Of a stretch of DNA of 64,000 nt, positions 41,101 to 50,254 are shown piece by piece; within the stretch, counting starts at the first letter, position 1, and the number at the start of each line of letters is the position of its first letter. Origin of the DNA: an uncultured delta proteobacterium (GTDB lineage Bacteria; Myxococcota_A; Polyangia; Fen-1088); assembly GCA_963755125.1 (NCBI GenBank), contig CAVWIP010000017.1, forward strand, positions 288,001-352,000. Direction: 5' to 3'. The translations under genes were made by a program, and so were the position numbers. The notes under the pieces were generated by a model. The model saw only the letters and a list, made by a program, of their open reading frames with translations, ran no database searches and had not been told where the DNA came from.

Positions 41101-41493
41101 ACTGGCCGCACCAACGGGACGACCTACTACTACGTGGTTACCGCACGAAACGGCGCCAACAATGCGTGCGTGTCCGCACAATCATCGCAGGTTTCGGCCA
41201 CTCCACGAGCCTGCCCGGTTGCCACCTCTCAGACTTTCCAGCCCAATCCTCAGACCACGGGTGCTTTCTGCCTCATAACCTGCGATGCCATCGCTGGCTG
41301 GGGCTGTGCGAACATGGAAGGGCGTACGATAACCGTCAACGGCACCGCAGTGACATGTCCTCCCGAGGGAGGTTCCGGCGGCAGCACCCTCCCTGCGAAG
41401 GTCAATGGCGCCTACACTTTCAACGTCAGCGCCGGCACCTACGGATATGCGAGCATCGACTGGTGGGGCACAGTCACTGCCTGTCCTCAATAG
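38173..41493 (+). CDS. Surface lipoprotein: 4 disintegrin-like repeats, 8 Fn3 domains, C-terminal putative carbohydrate-binding module
   Basis: Lipobox LMGAC; CRxxxxxCDxxExCxGxxxxCPAD four times; P-x-x-PT...W...Y...[YF]YVV eight times. Confidence 0.88.
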   Translation: MMRSLTALAWAVFLVLMGACVNVDKPAAVVECEKADGGCTNHGGDGSAGPGADVKPAQDAAGNSSPDGTTVKDGPASSVPDVSPVGPSDGVPDLPSGVVQDASLDVAVDAAKDIAQDVARDGTTDLASGPCWNAGSPVAAGTICRLPVGLCDVEEVCDGINAACPADAYAPSTNVCRPAAGDCDIAESCSGSSPDCPADAFLTAGEVCRPATGICDLAESCSGVGPDCPADSLVPAGTVCRASTDSNQCDPAETCTGTSVSCPADVKYTRPAAPTGVTAAPGTLQSTISWTAVAGATGYNVKQSVTSGSGYTTQGTPPTATASPYVNTGLTGGTTYYYVVTSVNTVVTCESANSTEVSVKPSGICTPPAAPTVTPTSANGQVSLTWTASTGATSYTVARSTTTGTGYVSVATITTGTTYSDVNVSNGTTYYYVVTASNGSCSSDNSVEVSASPSCVPPAAPTNLVATANNGSVALTWTAPTGAISYRILRSTTSGSGYTLVGTSGTASYTDTSVTNGTTYYYVVTASNGSCSSANSAEKSATPACTPPSAPTNLTATPGNGQIVLAWTASTGGAVSYQVLRGTKTGGPYTAIATPTSTGYTDTGLINGTTYYYVVTASNGSCSSANSTEASAAPVCTPPSVPTITATPGDGQVVLSWTAATGGAVSYVVSRGTVSGGPYGTVVASPTGTTFTDQTVVNGTTYYYVVSSSNGTCQSLPSTQASATPVAACTLVAPTGVTATAGNQQVTLNWTAVTGATSYNIGRSTTTGTGYASAGTVTAPTVTFVDTGATLPLSNGTKYYYVITASNTTCTSPTSTEVSATPACVPPTVPTGVTATANTGNGNIAVSWGTVTGATGYTVSRGTSASGPFIAVSSNQTAATYTDSTGLTAGTTYFYVVSASSAAGTCASGNSTPAVSAMSCTLPPVPIGLTATGGNAQVALIWTASTGATSYNVLRGTASGGPYTSIATPTTASYTDTGRTNGTTYYYVVTARNGANNACVSAQSSQVSATPRACPVATSQTFQPNPQTTGAFCLITCDAIAGWGCANMEGRTITVNGTAVTCPPEGGSGGSTLPAKVNGAYTFNVSAGTYGYASIDWWGTVTACPQ

Positions 41494-41539
41494 ATTGCCC
41501 GGGAACGATGGACTCCCGTGGCTGCGCGCCGAAGCGCCG

Positions 41540-42922
41540 CTATCTGTGGTCCGCGGCCGTCCGCGCCTCGATCAGCGCGCGCCGGAAAGTATGCCACGAG
41601 ATCAGGTTGTCGATGCGGCCCACGATCTGGCCGCCGGGCGCGAGAAAACGCACTGCCGGCAGGGTGGAGACACCATAGCGATCCTTCAGCACAGGCAGGG
41701 CGTCGTCCTGATCCTCGCGGGTCAGGTCGATCTTCACCAGCACGAAGTCATTCAGCAGGGCGGCGATTTCAGTCCGGGCAAACACGCTCACCTCGAATTC
41801 CCGACAAGGCAGGCACCAGTCAGCCGTGAAATCCATCACCACTGGCTTGCCGCTGACTCGGGCGTGTGCCAGCCCAGCGGCTTCCGTGGGCAACCAGGTG
41901 AGGACGATCTTAGGGGTCAAAAAGTAGTTGGTAGCCGCGAACAGGCCGAGCACAGCCAGCGCGACCCCGAGCGTCTTGCGCAGGCGAGTGCGCCAGGTCG
42001 CATGAAACGACAGGTGCACGGCACCCAGCACAATCCCCAACCCGACCAAGGCAAGAGCAACGGCCAGGAAGGAGGAAGACCGGCCGGTCACCTGCGCCAG
42101 CGGTGCAAATACGACCCGCATGTAGTAGAGGCCGGCCACGGCAAGGGCGATGCCGAACACGCTCTTCACGCTTTCCATCCAGGCGCCTGACCTGGGCAGG
42201 TGCAGCGAGAACCCGGCGATAGCCCAGAAGGGAACGCCGATCCCGGCCGCGTAGGTTGCAAGCAGCAGGAAGCCGCGCAGGCCGTCGCGCGTGGTTGCGA
42301 CGTAGGCGAGAATTCCGGCAAGAGGCGGCCCGGTGCAGGGCGCGGCGATGAGTCCGCCGACCAGGCCCATGAGAAATGCGCCCAGGAATCCACGTCCGCC
42401 CACGCGCGACAAGCGCTGCTGCAGCCCCGACGGCAGCGCCAGGTCGAAGGCGCCGAACATGGAGGCCGCCATGGCGAAGAAGAAGAACGCGAGCGGCACC
42501 ACCACCCATGGGTTGGCCAAGAACGTTCCGAACGCCTTCCCGAGCAGCGCGAATGTGGTGCCCAGCGTGCCGAACATGGTGGCGATGCCCGCTACGTACA
42601 GCGTGGCCAGGGCGACCGCGTGGAGGCGAGGCACGCCGCCGCGCCCGCCGAACACGCTGATGGTGATGGGAATCATCGGGTAAACGCAAGGAGTGAGGGA
42701 GGTGAGGAAACCTGCGGTGAATGCAAACAGGAAGGCGCTCAGCGCACCGCGACCTGCAGCGTCGGAAAACGCCTCCGCGTGGGCCGTGCCTGGGGCAAAG
42801 ATCGCCGTGGCCAGCACGACCATCGCGATGGCGTTCGCGCGTAACAGCCAGCGGCCGAGAGTGATCACAAGTCGGGTCGCTATTGTCGGGTTGACAGCGA
42901 TCGCGGAAGGAAGGCGCATCAT
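41540..42922 (-). CDS. dsbD: DsbD/CcdA-type transmembrane disulfide reductase with C-terminal thioredoxin domain (start uncertain)
   Basis: LTPCVYPMIP, AAPCTGP, PRSGAWM, ADWCLPC. Confidence 0.88.
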   Translation of the reverse strand: MMRLPSAIAVNPTIATRLVITLGRWLLRANAIAMVVLATAIFAPGTAHAEAFSDAAGRGALSAFLFAFTAGFLTSLTPCVYPMIPITISVFGGRGGVPRLHAVALATLYVAGIATMFGTLGTTFALLGKAFGTFLANPWVVVPLAFFFFAMAASMFGAFDLALPSGLQQRLSRVGGRGFLGAFLMGLVGGLIAAPCTGPPLAGILAYVATTRDGLRGFLLLATYAAGIGVPFWAIAGFSLHLPRSGAWMESVKSVFGIALAVAGLYYMRVVFAPLAQVTGRSSSFLAVALALVGLGIVLGAVHLSFHATWRTRLRKTLGVALAVLGLFAATNYFLTPKIVLTWLPTEAAGLAHARVSGKPVVMDFTADWCLPCREFEVSVFARTEIAALLNDFVLVKIDLTREDQDDALPVLKDRYGVSTLPAVRFLAPGGQIVGRIDNLISWHTFRRALIEARTAADHR

Positions 42923-43063
42923 CAGCGTGGTCTCGCACTGTTGTAGCCCAGAAAGCGCCAGCTTTCATGCGAGAGGATCGAGGCCAGCCAACGTCAGGCT
43001 CTCCAGGCCGGCTTTGTCGTGAATTATTGAAAGCTCATCTTCAGTGATCTGGTATCTTGCGCG

Positions 43064-43990
43064 TTGATGACTGATACGAGCAGATCCTTGAGCAAGACCG
43101 GGGCGCTGGCACTCATGGCTGGGCTCTTCGCCGGATGCGGCAGCGGCGGCGGTTCTGGCCCGGATGCGGCTGTGTCGACGGGCGGCGATGCCGGCGACGA
43201 ACCCGCGAACGTTTGCCCTGACGACGGCGGAGTTGCGCCGATGCTCTGCACGTGCAACCCTGCGCTGGCGCCGGTGACCGATCTGTCAGGCACCTGGGTA
43301 CTCGAAACCATCGGGGCGCAAACCGTCACGGCTCCGACCTACCCGAACCCGTTCCACCTCAAGTCCATCGGTGTGATCCTGGTCCAAGTCATCCAGACCG
43401 GGAGCGATGTCAGCCTTGCTGGTCACTACTGCGATCGAATCCAGGACGACGATCCCAAGAACCCGGCCAAGGTCATCATTCTGGATCCCTGGAGACTGAC
43501 CCCGTTCCCGATCCAGCGCAGCGGGACGTTTGCGCCCGATGATTCGGGACGGTTGGTACTTGCGCTGCCCAGCTACGTTGAGGTCGCGGGTGCGGACCTG
43601 GCCAACCCTGCCACTGACCCGCTGCCCACGGATCCCAGCGATCCACGCTTGGTCGACTCCGACAACGACGGTTACCCCGGGATCAGCGTGGGCCTGAGCG
43701 GCCTCATCACGGGCACGCTTCGGACGGTGCAGAGGCAGTCGACGTCTCTTCTCGGGCTGGCGGTGGCCGCGACTCGGGTCGAGGGCGGGATGGCTTTCCA
43801 GTCGGACCAGTCGATCATCGCCTCCGACCCGGCCAACATCAAGAGCCTCTATTCGCTCTCCACCTCGAGTTCCGATCCAACTCCGTGTAGCAGCAGCTTC
43901 GTCATGGTCAAGGTGTCCGATGACGCCGACGCCGGTGTGGTGGATTGCGATTGGGTGCGGGCCAATGAGGGCACGCTTCTGGGACTTTGA
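43064..43990 (+). CDS. Hypothetical lipoprotein
   Basis: Lipobox FAGC, DLSGTW, Ca-binding-like DSDNDGYPG, Cys pairs. Confidence 0.75.
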   Translation: MMTDTSRSLSKTGALALMAGLFAGCGSGGGSGPDAAVSTGGDAGDEPANVCPDDGGVAPMLCTCNPALAPVTDLSGTWVLETIGAQTVTAPTYPNPFHLKSIGVILVQVIQTGSDVSLAGHYCDRIQDDDPKNPAKVIILDPWRLTPFPIQRSGTFAPDDSGRLVLALPSYVEVAGADLANPATDPLPTDPSDPRLVDSDNDGYPGISVGLSGLITGTLRTVQRQSTSLLGLAVAATRVEGGMAFQSDQSIIASDPANIKSLYSLSTSSSDPTPCSSSFVMVKVSDDADAGVVDCDWVRANEGTLLGL

Positions 43991-44011
43991 CAGGGGCCCC
44001 GCCCCGCGCGG

Positions 44012-45463
44012 CTAGCGCGCGATGCGCAGGCAGACCCCGGCCCCCAACATGTAGCCGCTGCTGCTGAATCCTGGGTAGCCGGGATTGTTGGTCTGCAAGC
44101 CGGACGAGCCCGCTGCGGGTAAGCCAGTGCGGATGTCGATGGCCCCATCAGGAAACTCATCGACCACGGGATGGGCGGCGTTGGGGTCCTTTTCGACGGA
44201 ACGCGGGATGAAGACCGAGCCGTAGAGGTAAAACCCAGCCTCCACCTCGCGGCCCAGCAGTTTGATCGGCGACTCGATGCTGGCGCTCGAAATGACGCGC
44301 GAGTTGTCCACGTAGTTGGTGCGGCCGGTCTGATCGGGAACCGGAGTGGGCGCGTAGCCGAGGTCAAACGAGAGTCTGCGCTGTCGCCAGGCGAAGTTGC
44401 CGCCTGCCACCACGGTCACCGTGTCGTTCCAAGTGTCCAGCGGGGCCTCGCCGTGTCGGTCTCGGTACTGGGACCAGCGTTCTGCGACCGCCACCAGACC
44501 CACTTCCCACGCCGGGCGGCCGCCTTCAACTGAACGCCGGCTGGCGAGACTGGCGCCCAGCCCCAGCCGCGCCGGTTCGTTGCCCTGGGTGAGCGTATAG
44601 ATCTGGGGAATGTAGTTGAGGCCAGGCGGGTACTGAGTGGTGTAGTTCCGCAGGCGCACTTGGTTCTCGCCGTTGGTGTCGTTGCTGGTGCCCAGGTGAA
44701 GGGTGGCCGCAATCGCGATGCGCGGCGAGGGCCGGTACACCGCGCCCAGGTAGGGCTTGAACTTGCTGTTGGTGCGGATGTCCGGGTCGAGCAGCACGTT
44801 TTGCTGATTGCCCGCATCGGGCATGTACACCGCCATATTGGACTGTGTGACCACCGCGATGTCGATGCCGGCACCGATAGCGAGCCAGTCGTTGAGTTGG
44901 CTGCCCAGCGCCACCGCGAAACTGGACGCGGTCAATCGGTCGCCCAGTTGTTCGAAGTAGAGCTTGTTGGAGAAGTACTGTTCCCGTTCGTCGGGAAAAA
45001 AACCTTTCTCATCCATGAAGTCGTTGACCGGCAGAAGGGTGTAGAAGCCGAAGACCAGATACTTCCCTGCCAGCGGACGGACGATACCGAGAACGGCATA
45101 CACTATGTGATCGTCCTCGTCGGTGTCGCTGCGCGGGTTGGGCAGGTCGGCAGTCGCCATAGCAGGCACCGTCGTGTCGTAGACCGACGCCGGCACGTCC
45201 GCCCCGGCCGGTCGCGGCTTGAGGTGAATCTTTCCGCGCGTGACCAGACCGAAGAAGCCGGCTTCCAGCTTGAAAGTCGCCTCGGGCAGCAGCGCCGGGT
45301 TGAAATAGGTCGCCGCTGCATTGCGGGAGAAGAGACGCGCCGTGAGCCCGTTGGCTCCGGTGGGCGAGCCGAGCATCTCCAGTGCACTTGAGGCGCGCGC
45401 CGGAGGGGCCAGAAAAAGCAGTGCCGCGACCAGGGCCAGAACCGAAGTGAAGAGACGATTCAT
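44012..45463 (-). CDS. Outer-membrane beta-barrel, FadL/OmpP1-like
   Basis: Signal peptide MNRLFTSVLALV...; AAATYFNPALL resembles the FadL NPA motif; alternating beta strands; TPVPDQTGRTNYVD. Confidence 0.72.
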   Translation of the reverse strand: MNRLFTSVLALVAALLFLAPPARASSALEMLGSPTGANGLTARLFSRNAAATYFNPALLPEATFKLEAGFFGLVTRGKIHLKPRPAGADVPASVYDTTVPAMATADLPNPRSDTDEDDHIVYAVLGIVRPLAGKYLVFGFYTLLPVNDFMDEKGFFPDEREQYFSNKLYFEQLGDRLTASSFAVALGSQLNDWLAIGAGIDIAVVTQSNMAVYMPDAGNQQNVLLDPDIRTNSKFKPYLGAVYRPSPRIAIAATLHLGTSNDTNGENQVRLRNYTTQYPPGLNYIPQIYTLTQGNEPARLGLGASLASRRSVEGGRPAWEVGLVAVAERWSQYRDRHGEAPLDTWNDTVTVVAGGNFAWRQRRLSFDLGYAPTPVPDQTGRTNYVDNSRVISSASIESPIKLLGREVEAGFYLYGSVFIPRSVEKDPNAAHPVVDEFPDGAIDIRTGLPAAGSSGLQTNNPGYPGFSSSGYMLGAGVCLRIAR

Positions 45464-45554
45464 GCCGCCATAATGCCACGCAACCCGAAAGAAGGCGCGG
45501 CGAGGATCAGCCATCAAGACGGCGAGTCCCTCACCGCAGGCCGCACCGGCTTGT

Positions 45555-46103
45555 CTATGGCGTGTTTTGCGCGGGGCTGGGAATGGCCCCGCACACGCCC
45601 TCGCGGGCGGGAAGCCAGATGGTGGCATTGTCGGCGCAGGCGCGGCGGTAGCGGTCGGCCAGTCGCTTGGCTTGCTTGGACGGCCCGTCGAGCTTGGTCG
45701 GCGGACACTTGGGGCGGGTGGCATCGCAGGAATAGGCGCCCCAGCCGTCAGACGCACCAATGCCAATCGCAAACACCGTGACTGGACCGATCCCGGCCAT
45801 GGGAATGCCGATCGCGTACGACTTGCCCAACTCGGGGAAACCGGCGTCGAGCGCGGTGTCGGCGCATTTTTTGGTGTCTTCCGCGCTGACGTCCTTGGCA
45901 GTGGCCTCCAGACCGCCGCGGTCCAGGCACGATGGCACGCCCTGGGCGGGCCAACTCTCCAGGCCCAAGACCTTGTTGAGCGCCACCACGGCAGCGGCCA
46001 TTTCCTTCGCGACCGGAGCGGGCAGCTTGGCCACCGGGCCCGCTGCTGACTGTGCAGCGGCCCACAGCATCCATGCGATCGTCACCTGCATGGCCGCCAT
46101 CAT
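45555..46103 (-). CDS. Secreted Cys-containing hypothetical protein
   Basis: Signal-like N-terminus, six Cys; ATG lies 9 nt after the purL stop. Confidence 0.65.
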   Translation of the reverse strand: MMAAMQVTIAWMLWAAAQSAAGPVAKLPAPVAKEMAAAVVALNKVLGLESWPAQGVPSCLDRGGLEATAKDVSAEDTKKCADTALDAGFPELGKSYAIGIPMAGIGPVTVFAIGIGASDGWGAYSCDATRPKCPPTKLDGPSKQAKRLADRYRRACADNATIWLPAREGVCGAIPSPAQNTP

Positions 46104-46112
46104 AGACCAAAA

Positions 46113-49100
46113 CTAGCCCACGAATACTCGTGCGTTGCGGAACAGGCGGATCCAGGGACCGTCCTCTTTCCAGTCGTCGGGGTGCCAGGAATGCTGGACA
46201 GCCCGAAACATGCGCTCGGGGTGCGGCATGAGGATGGTGACACGACCGTCGGGCGTGGTCAGCGCTGTCATGCCACCGGGCGAGCCGTTGGGGTTGTCCG
46301 GATAACGGCTGGCGATCCCGCCATAGTGGTTCACGAAGCGCGCGGCCACCAGGCTGGCCTTCACCAGAGCAGACTGTTGCGCGTCGGATTCGAATTCGGC
46401 GCGGCCTTCACCGTGGGCAACCGCGATGGGCAGTTGCGATCCGGCCATGCCGCGCAAGAGTACCGAGGGACTCTCCTCGATGCGCAGCAGCGCCAGGCGG
46501 GCCTCGAATTGCTCGGAGCGGTTGCGCACGAATCGCGGCCAGTCTTGCGCGCCAGGGATGATCTCTTTCAGGTTGGAAACCGCCTGACATCCATTGCACA
46601 CCCCGAGCGTGAAGGCGTCGGGCCGGGCGAAGAAGCGCTCGAAAGCGGCGCGCGCTCGGGCGTGGAACAAGATCGACTTGGCCCAGCCTTCTCCCGCGCC
46701 CAGCACGTCGCCGTAGGAGAAGCCGCCGCAGGCCGCCAGCCCGCGGAACGAGTCGAGGTCAAGACGGCCGCTCAGTATGTCACTCATGTGCACGTCCACC
46801 GCTTCGAAGCCCGCGCGGTGGAAAGCCGCAGCCATCTCGATCTGGCCGTTCACGCCCTGCTCGCGCAGGATGGCCACGCGCGGCCGTGCGCCGTGATTGC
46901 TCAAATGTGCCCCAGTGTCTTGATCCGGGTCGAATGTCAGCCGCACAGACATACCCGGGTCGTTCTCGTCGGCGCGGGCCTCACATTCTTCGTTCGCGCA
47001 ACTCGGATCGTCACGCAAGGCCTGCATGGCAAAGGTGGTCTCGGACCAGACCCGACGCAAGTTGGTGCGGGCGTCTTCAAACAGGGTGTGATCGCCGCGA
47101 CGGAACGCGATGCGGGAACCAGCAACGGGGCGCCCGAGGCTGTGGATGTGGCCAGCCGAACCTGCGAAGGCCGCGCGCACCACGGCCACATCCGGCTTGC
47201 GCACCTGGATCACGGCGCCCAGTTCCTCGGCGAAAAGCAGGGCCGGAGCCGCACACGCCTGCCCCGCCAGATCCACCTCCAGCCCGCACCCGCCGGCAAA
47301 GGCCATTTCTAGCAGCGTCACCAGGAGGCCACCGTCGGAGCGGTCGTGATACGCGAGCAGCAGACCCTTGCTGTTCAGTTGCTGAATGGTTGCGAAGAAG
47401 GTTTTCAGAACCGCGGGATCGTCGAGGTCGGGCGCCTCGTCGCCGAGTTGGCCGTAGACTTGGGCCAGCGCCGAGCCGCCAATACGGTGGCGACCCATGC
47501 CGAGATCGACGAGGAGCAACTCGCTGTCGCCCTGGTCGAGTCGAAGTTGCGGCGTCAAGGACCGGCGCACGTCGCTGACCGGGGCGAAGGCGCTCACGAT
47601 GAGCGACAAGGGCGCAGTGATTCGCTTCTGCTTGCCGGCCTCTTGCCACACGGTGCTCATCGACATCGAATCCTTGCCCACGGGAATGGCGATGCCCAAG
47701 GCCGGAGCCAACTCGGCTCCCACCGCCCGCACAGCTTCGTACAGGCGCGCGTCTTCCCCCGGGTGCCCCGCCGCGGCCATCCAGTTGGCCGACAGCTTCA
47801 CGTCACCGATCTTCGCGATAGGCGCACTGGCGATGTTGGTCAGGGCTTCTCCCACTGCCATGCGCGCGGAGGCGGCTGCATCCAGCAGTGCCAGCGGCGT
47901 GCGTTCGCCCATGGCCATGGCCTCGCCGGTGTAGCCGTCGTAGCTGGTGGTGGTCACGGCCGCGTCGGCCACCGGGACCTGCCAAGGACCGACCATCTGA
48001 TCGCGGCACACCAGGCCGGTCACAGTGCGATCGCCGATGGTGATGAGGAAGGTTTTGTCCGCCACCGCGGGCAGGCGCAGCACACGCAGGATCGCCTCGC
48101 GCAGGTCGAGATCGCTAGTGGAGAAGGGCGTTCCGGCTGCGCGCGCGCTTTCGGCCCGACGTAACATCTTGGGCGGCTTGCCGAGCAAGAGGGTGAGCGG
48201 CATGTCGATGGGCCGGTTTCCGAAGTGCGAGTCAGTCAGCACCAACCTGCCGTCGGACGTGGCCTGGCCAAGCACCGCGAACGGGCAACGCTCGCGGCTG
48301 CAAAGCTCGCCGAAACGGCCGAGTCCTTCGGGCGCGATGGCCAGCACGTAGCGCTCCTGGGCCTCGTTGCACCAGATCTCCTTGGGTGACATGCCGGGCT
48401 CGTCGTTGGGAATCTTGCGCAACTCGAACAGAGCGCCGCGACCGCTGTCGTGTACCAGCTCGGGCAGGGCATTGGACAGGCCACCGGCGCCCACGTCGTG
48501 GATCGAGTAGATGGGATTGGCGTCACCCAGTGCCCAGCAGCGATCGATGACCTCCTGGCAGCGGCGTTGCATCTCGGGGTTGTCACGCTGAACCGACGCA
48601 AAATCGAGATCCTCCTCGGACGCGCCCGAGGCCATGGATGAAGCCGCGCCGCCGCCCAGACCGATGAGCATGGCGGGCCCGCCCAGCACGACGAGCGCCG
48701 CGCCCGGCGGCACCTCGGCCTTGTGCACGTGGGGCAGCCGGATGTTGCCGAACCCGCCTGCGATCATGATGGGCTTGTGGTAGCCGCGCACCTCGGGACC
48801 GGCAGGACCGGGCACTTCCATCTCGAAGGTGCGGAAATAGCCGGCCAGGTTGGGGCGGCCGAATTCGTTGTTGAAGGCGGCGCCCCCGATGGGCCCTTCC
48901 AGCATGATTTCGAGGGCCGAGACGATGCGGCCTGGTTTGCCGAAATCCTTCTCCCAGGGTTGCACGGCCCCGGGCAAGCGCAGATTTGAAACCGTGAATC
49001 CGGTGAGCCCAGCCTTGGGCTTGGACCCGCGGCCCACCGCGCCCTCGTCGCGGATTTCTCCACCTGAACCGGTGGACGCACCCGGGTGAGGTGAAATCGC

Positions 49101-50120
49101 AGTCGGGTGGTTGTGCGTTTCGACCTTCATCAGGATGCCCACCGGTTCGCGATGGAAGGCGTAAACGTTGGTGTCCGGGTCAGGAAAGAAGCGGTTTGCC
49201 TCGCAGCCCTCCATCACGGCGGCATTGTCCTTGTACGCCGACAGCACGCCGGTGGGGCTGGCCTCGCTACTGCGCCGGATCATCTGAAACAGCGACTGGG
49301 GCTGTTTTTTTCCGTCGAGGATGAAGTCAGCGTTGAAGATCTTGTGGCGGCAGTGCTCGCTGTTGGCCTGCGCGAACATCATCAGCTCGACATCGGTCGG
49401 GTTGCGACCCAGGGTCCGGAAACTTTCCGCCAGGTAGTCGATCTCATCTGGCGCCAGAGCCAATCCCAAGCTCAGATTGGCGGTTTCGATGGCAACGCGG
49501 CCTTCGCCGAGCAGGTCGATGGTCTGCAGCGGCCTCGGCTGGGCGTGGGCGAACAGTTGCTCAGCCTCGGCTTCGCTCGCCAGCACCGACTCGGTCATGC
49601 GGTCGTGCAGGGCGGCCCGCAGCGCGCGCTCGCCGCGTACCGGCCCTGCGACGGTGTACCAGATGCCGCGTTCGATGCGGCGGACGCGATCCAGGCCGCA
49701 GTTGTGGGCCACGTCGGTGGCTTTGGACGACCAGGGTGAGATGGTGCCGATGCGCGGGACCACCAGCAGGCGACTACTTTCATGGGAACCCTGGGAGGGT
49801 TCGCTTCGCCCTTCGGCTCCCCACCCGCCTCCTCCTCCCCGCTCGCTTTGCTCGGCCTCGCCAACCCTCCCGCGATGGTGCGCCGCCGGCGAAGCCGGCG
49901 GGCTCCCCACGCGACCGGCCGCGGTCCGCGGGCCGTAGCGCAGCACGCGCGCCAGCACGAGTTGCTCAGCCTCGGGCAGAGGAGAGGTCAACTCGACGAA
50001 ATGGACAAACTCGGCGGCGAGAGCCGACACTTGTGGGTTGGCGGTCTGAATTCCCGCCAGCCGCTTGGCCAGCCGAGCCGTGGTGAAAGCGGGGACACCA
50101 GGTAGCGAGAGGATGGGCAT
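46113..50120 (-). CDS. purL: Phosphoribosylformylglycinamidine synthase, large single-chain form, with a 43-aa insertion
   Basis: [52 protein letters not shown]. Start MPILSLPG at 50120. Confidence 0.97.
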   Translation of the reverse strand: MPILSLPGVPAFTTARLAKRLAGIQTANPQVSALAAEFVHFVELTSPLPEAEQLVLARVLRYGPRTAAGRVGSPPASPAAHHRGRVGEAEQSERGGGGGWGAEGRSEPSQGSHESSRLLVVPRIGTISPWSSKATDVAHNCGLDRVRRIERGIWYTVAGPVRGERALRAALHDRMTESVLASEAEAEQLFAHAQPRPLQTIDLLGEGRVAIETANLSLGLALAPDEIDYLAESFRTLGRNPTDVELMMFAQANSEHCRHKIFNADFILDGKKQPQSLFQMIRRSSEASPTGVLSAYKDNAAVMEGCEANRFFPDPDTNVYAFHREPVGILMKVETHNHPTAISPHPGASTGSGGEIRDEGAVGRGSKPKAGLTGFTVSNLRLPGAVQPWEKDFGKPGRIVSALEIMLEGPIGGAAFNNEFGRPNLAGYFRTFEMEVPGPAGPEVRGYHKPIMIAGGFGNIRLPHVHKAEVPPGAALVVLGGPAMLIGLGGGAASSMASGASEEDLDFASVQRDNPEMQRRCQEVIDRCWALGDANPIYSIHDVGAGGLSNALPELVHDSGRGALFELRKIPNDEPGMSPKEIWCNEAQERYVLAIAPEGLGRFGELCSRERCPFAVLGQATSDGRLVLTDSHFGNRPIDMPLTLLLGKPPKMLRRAESARAAGTPFSTSDLDLREAILRVLRLPAVADKTFLITIGDRTVTGLVCRDQMVGPWQVPVADAAVTTTSYDGYTGEAMAMGERTPLALLDAAASARMAVGEALTNIASAPIAKIGDVKLSANWMAAAGHPGEDARLYEAVRAVGAELAPALGIAIPVGKDSMSMSTVWQEAGKQKRITAPLSLIVSAFAPVSDVRRSLTPQLRLDQGDSELLLVDLGMGRHRIGGSALAQVYGQLGDEAPDLDDPAVLKTFFATIQQLNSKGLLLAYHDRSDGGLLVTLLEMAFAGGCGLEVDLAGQACAAPALLFAEELGAVIQVRKPDVAVVRAAFAGSAGHIHSLGRPVAGSRIAFRRGDHTLFEDARTNLRRVWSETTFAMQALRDDPSCANEECEARADENDPGMSVRLTFDPDQDTGAHLSNHGARPRVAILREQGVNGQIEMAAAFHRAGFEAVDVHMSDILSGRLDLDSFRGLAACGGFSYGDVLGAGEGWAKSILFHARARAAFERFFARPDAFTLGVCNGCQAVSNLKEIIPGAQDWPRFVRNRSEQFEARLALLRIEESPSVLLRGMAGSQLPIAVAHGEGRAEFESDAQQSALVKASLVAARFVNHYGGIASRYPDNPNGSPGGMTALTTPDGRVTILMPHPERMFRAVQHSWHPDDWKEDGPWIRLFRNARVFVG
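49782..49910. mobile_element. 129-bp palindromic element inserted in frame in purL (MITE/REP/RPE-like)
   Basis: Imperfect terminal inverted repeats, an internal 9-bp stem and a 7-bp hairpin; encodes 43 aa that I do not recall in other PurL proteins. Confidence 0.65.
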
Positions 50121-50209
50121 CGTGAACCGGATGCAGACTGGCGCGACCGGCGTGCATTTGCAATCTCCGCGACTCGTCCCAGGTTCTGTAGGAGTACAAC
50201 GCGCGCGGG

Positions 50210-50226
50210 ATCTGGTTTGACCAGAC
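50210..50226. promoter_or_regulatory. FadR/GntR-type operator-like palindrome ATCTGGTTTGACCAGAC
   Basis: TCTGGT-N3-ACCAGA perfect dyad, 28 nt upstream of ATG 50255. Confidence 0.5.
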
Positions 50227-50254
50227 TTGTACTCCCGACTACACTCAAGCAATC

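Noticed and set aside
50121..50252. N-terminal extension of purL, or a purine riboswitch in its leader (also checked 13204-13314 before purF)
   Set aside because: PurL similarity starts at MPILSLPG, and I recognised no purine, ZTP or PRPP riboswitch consensus by eye.
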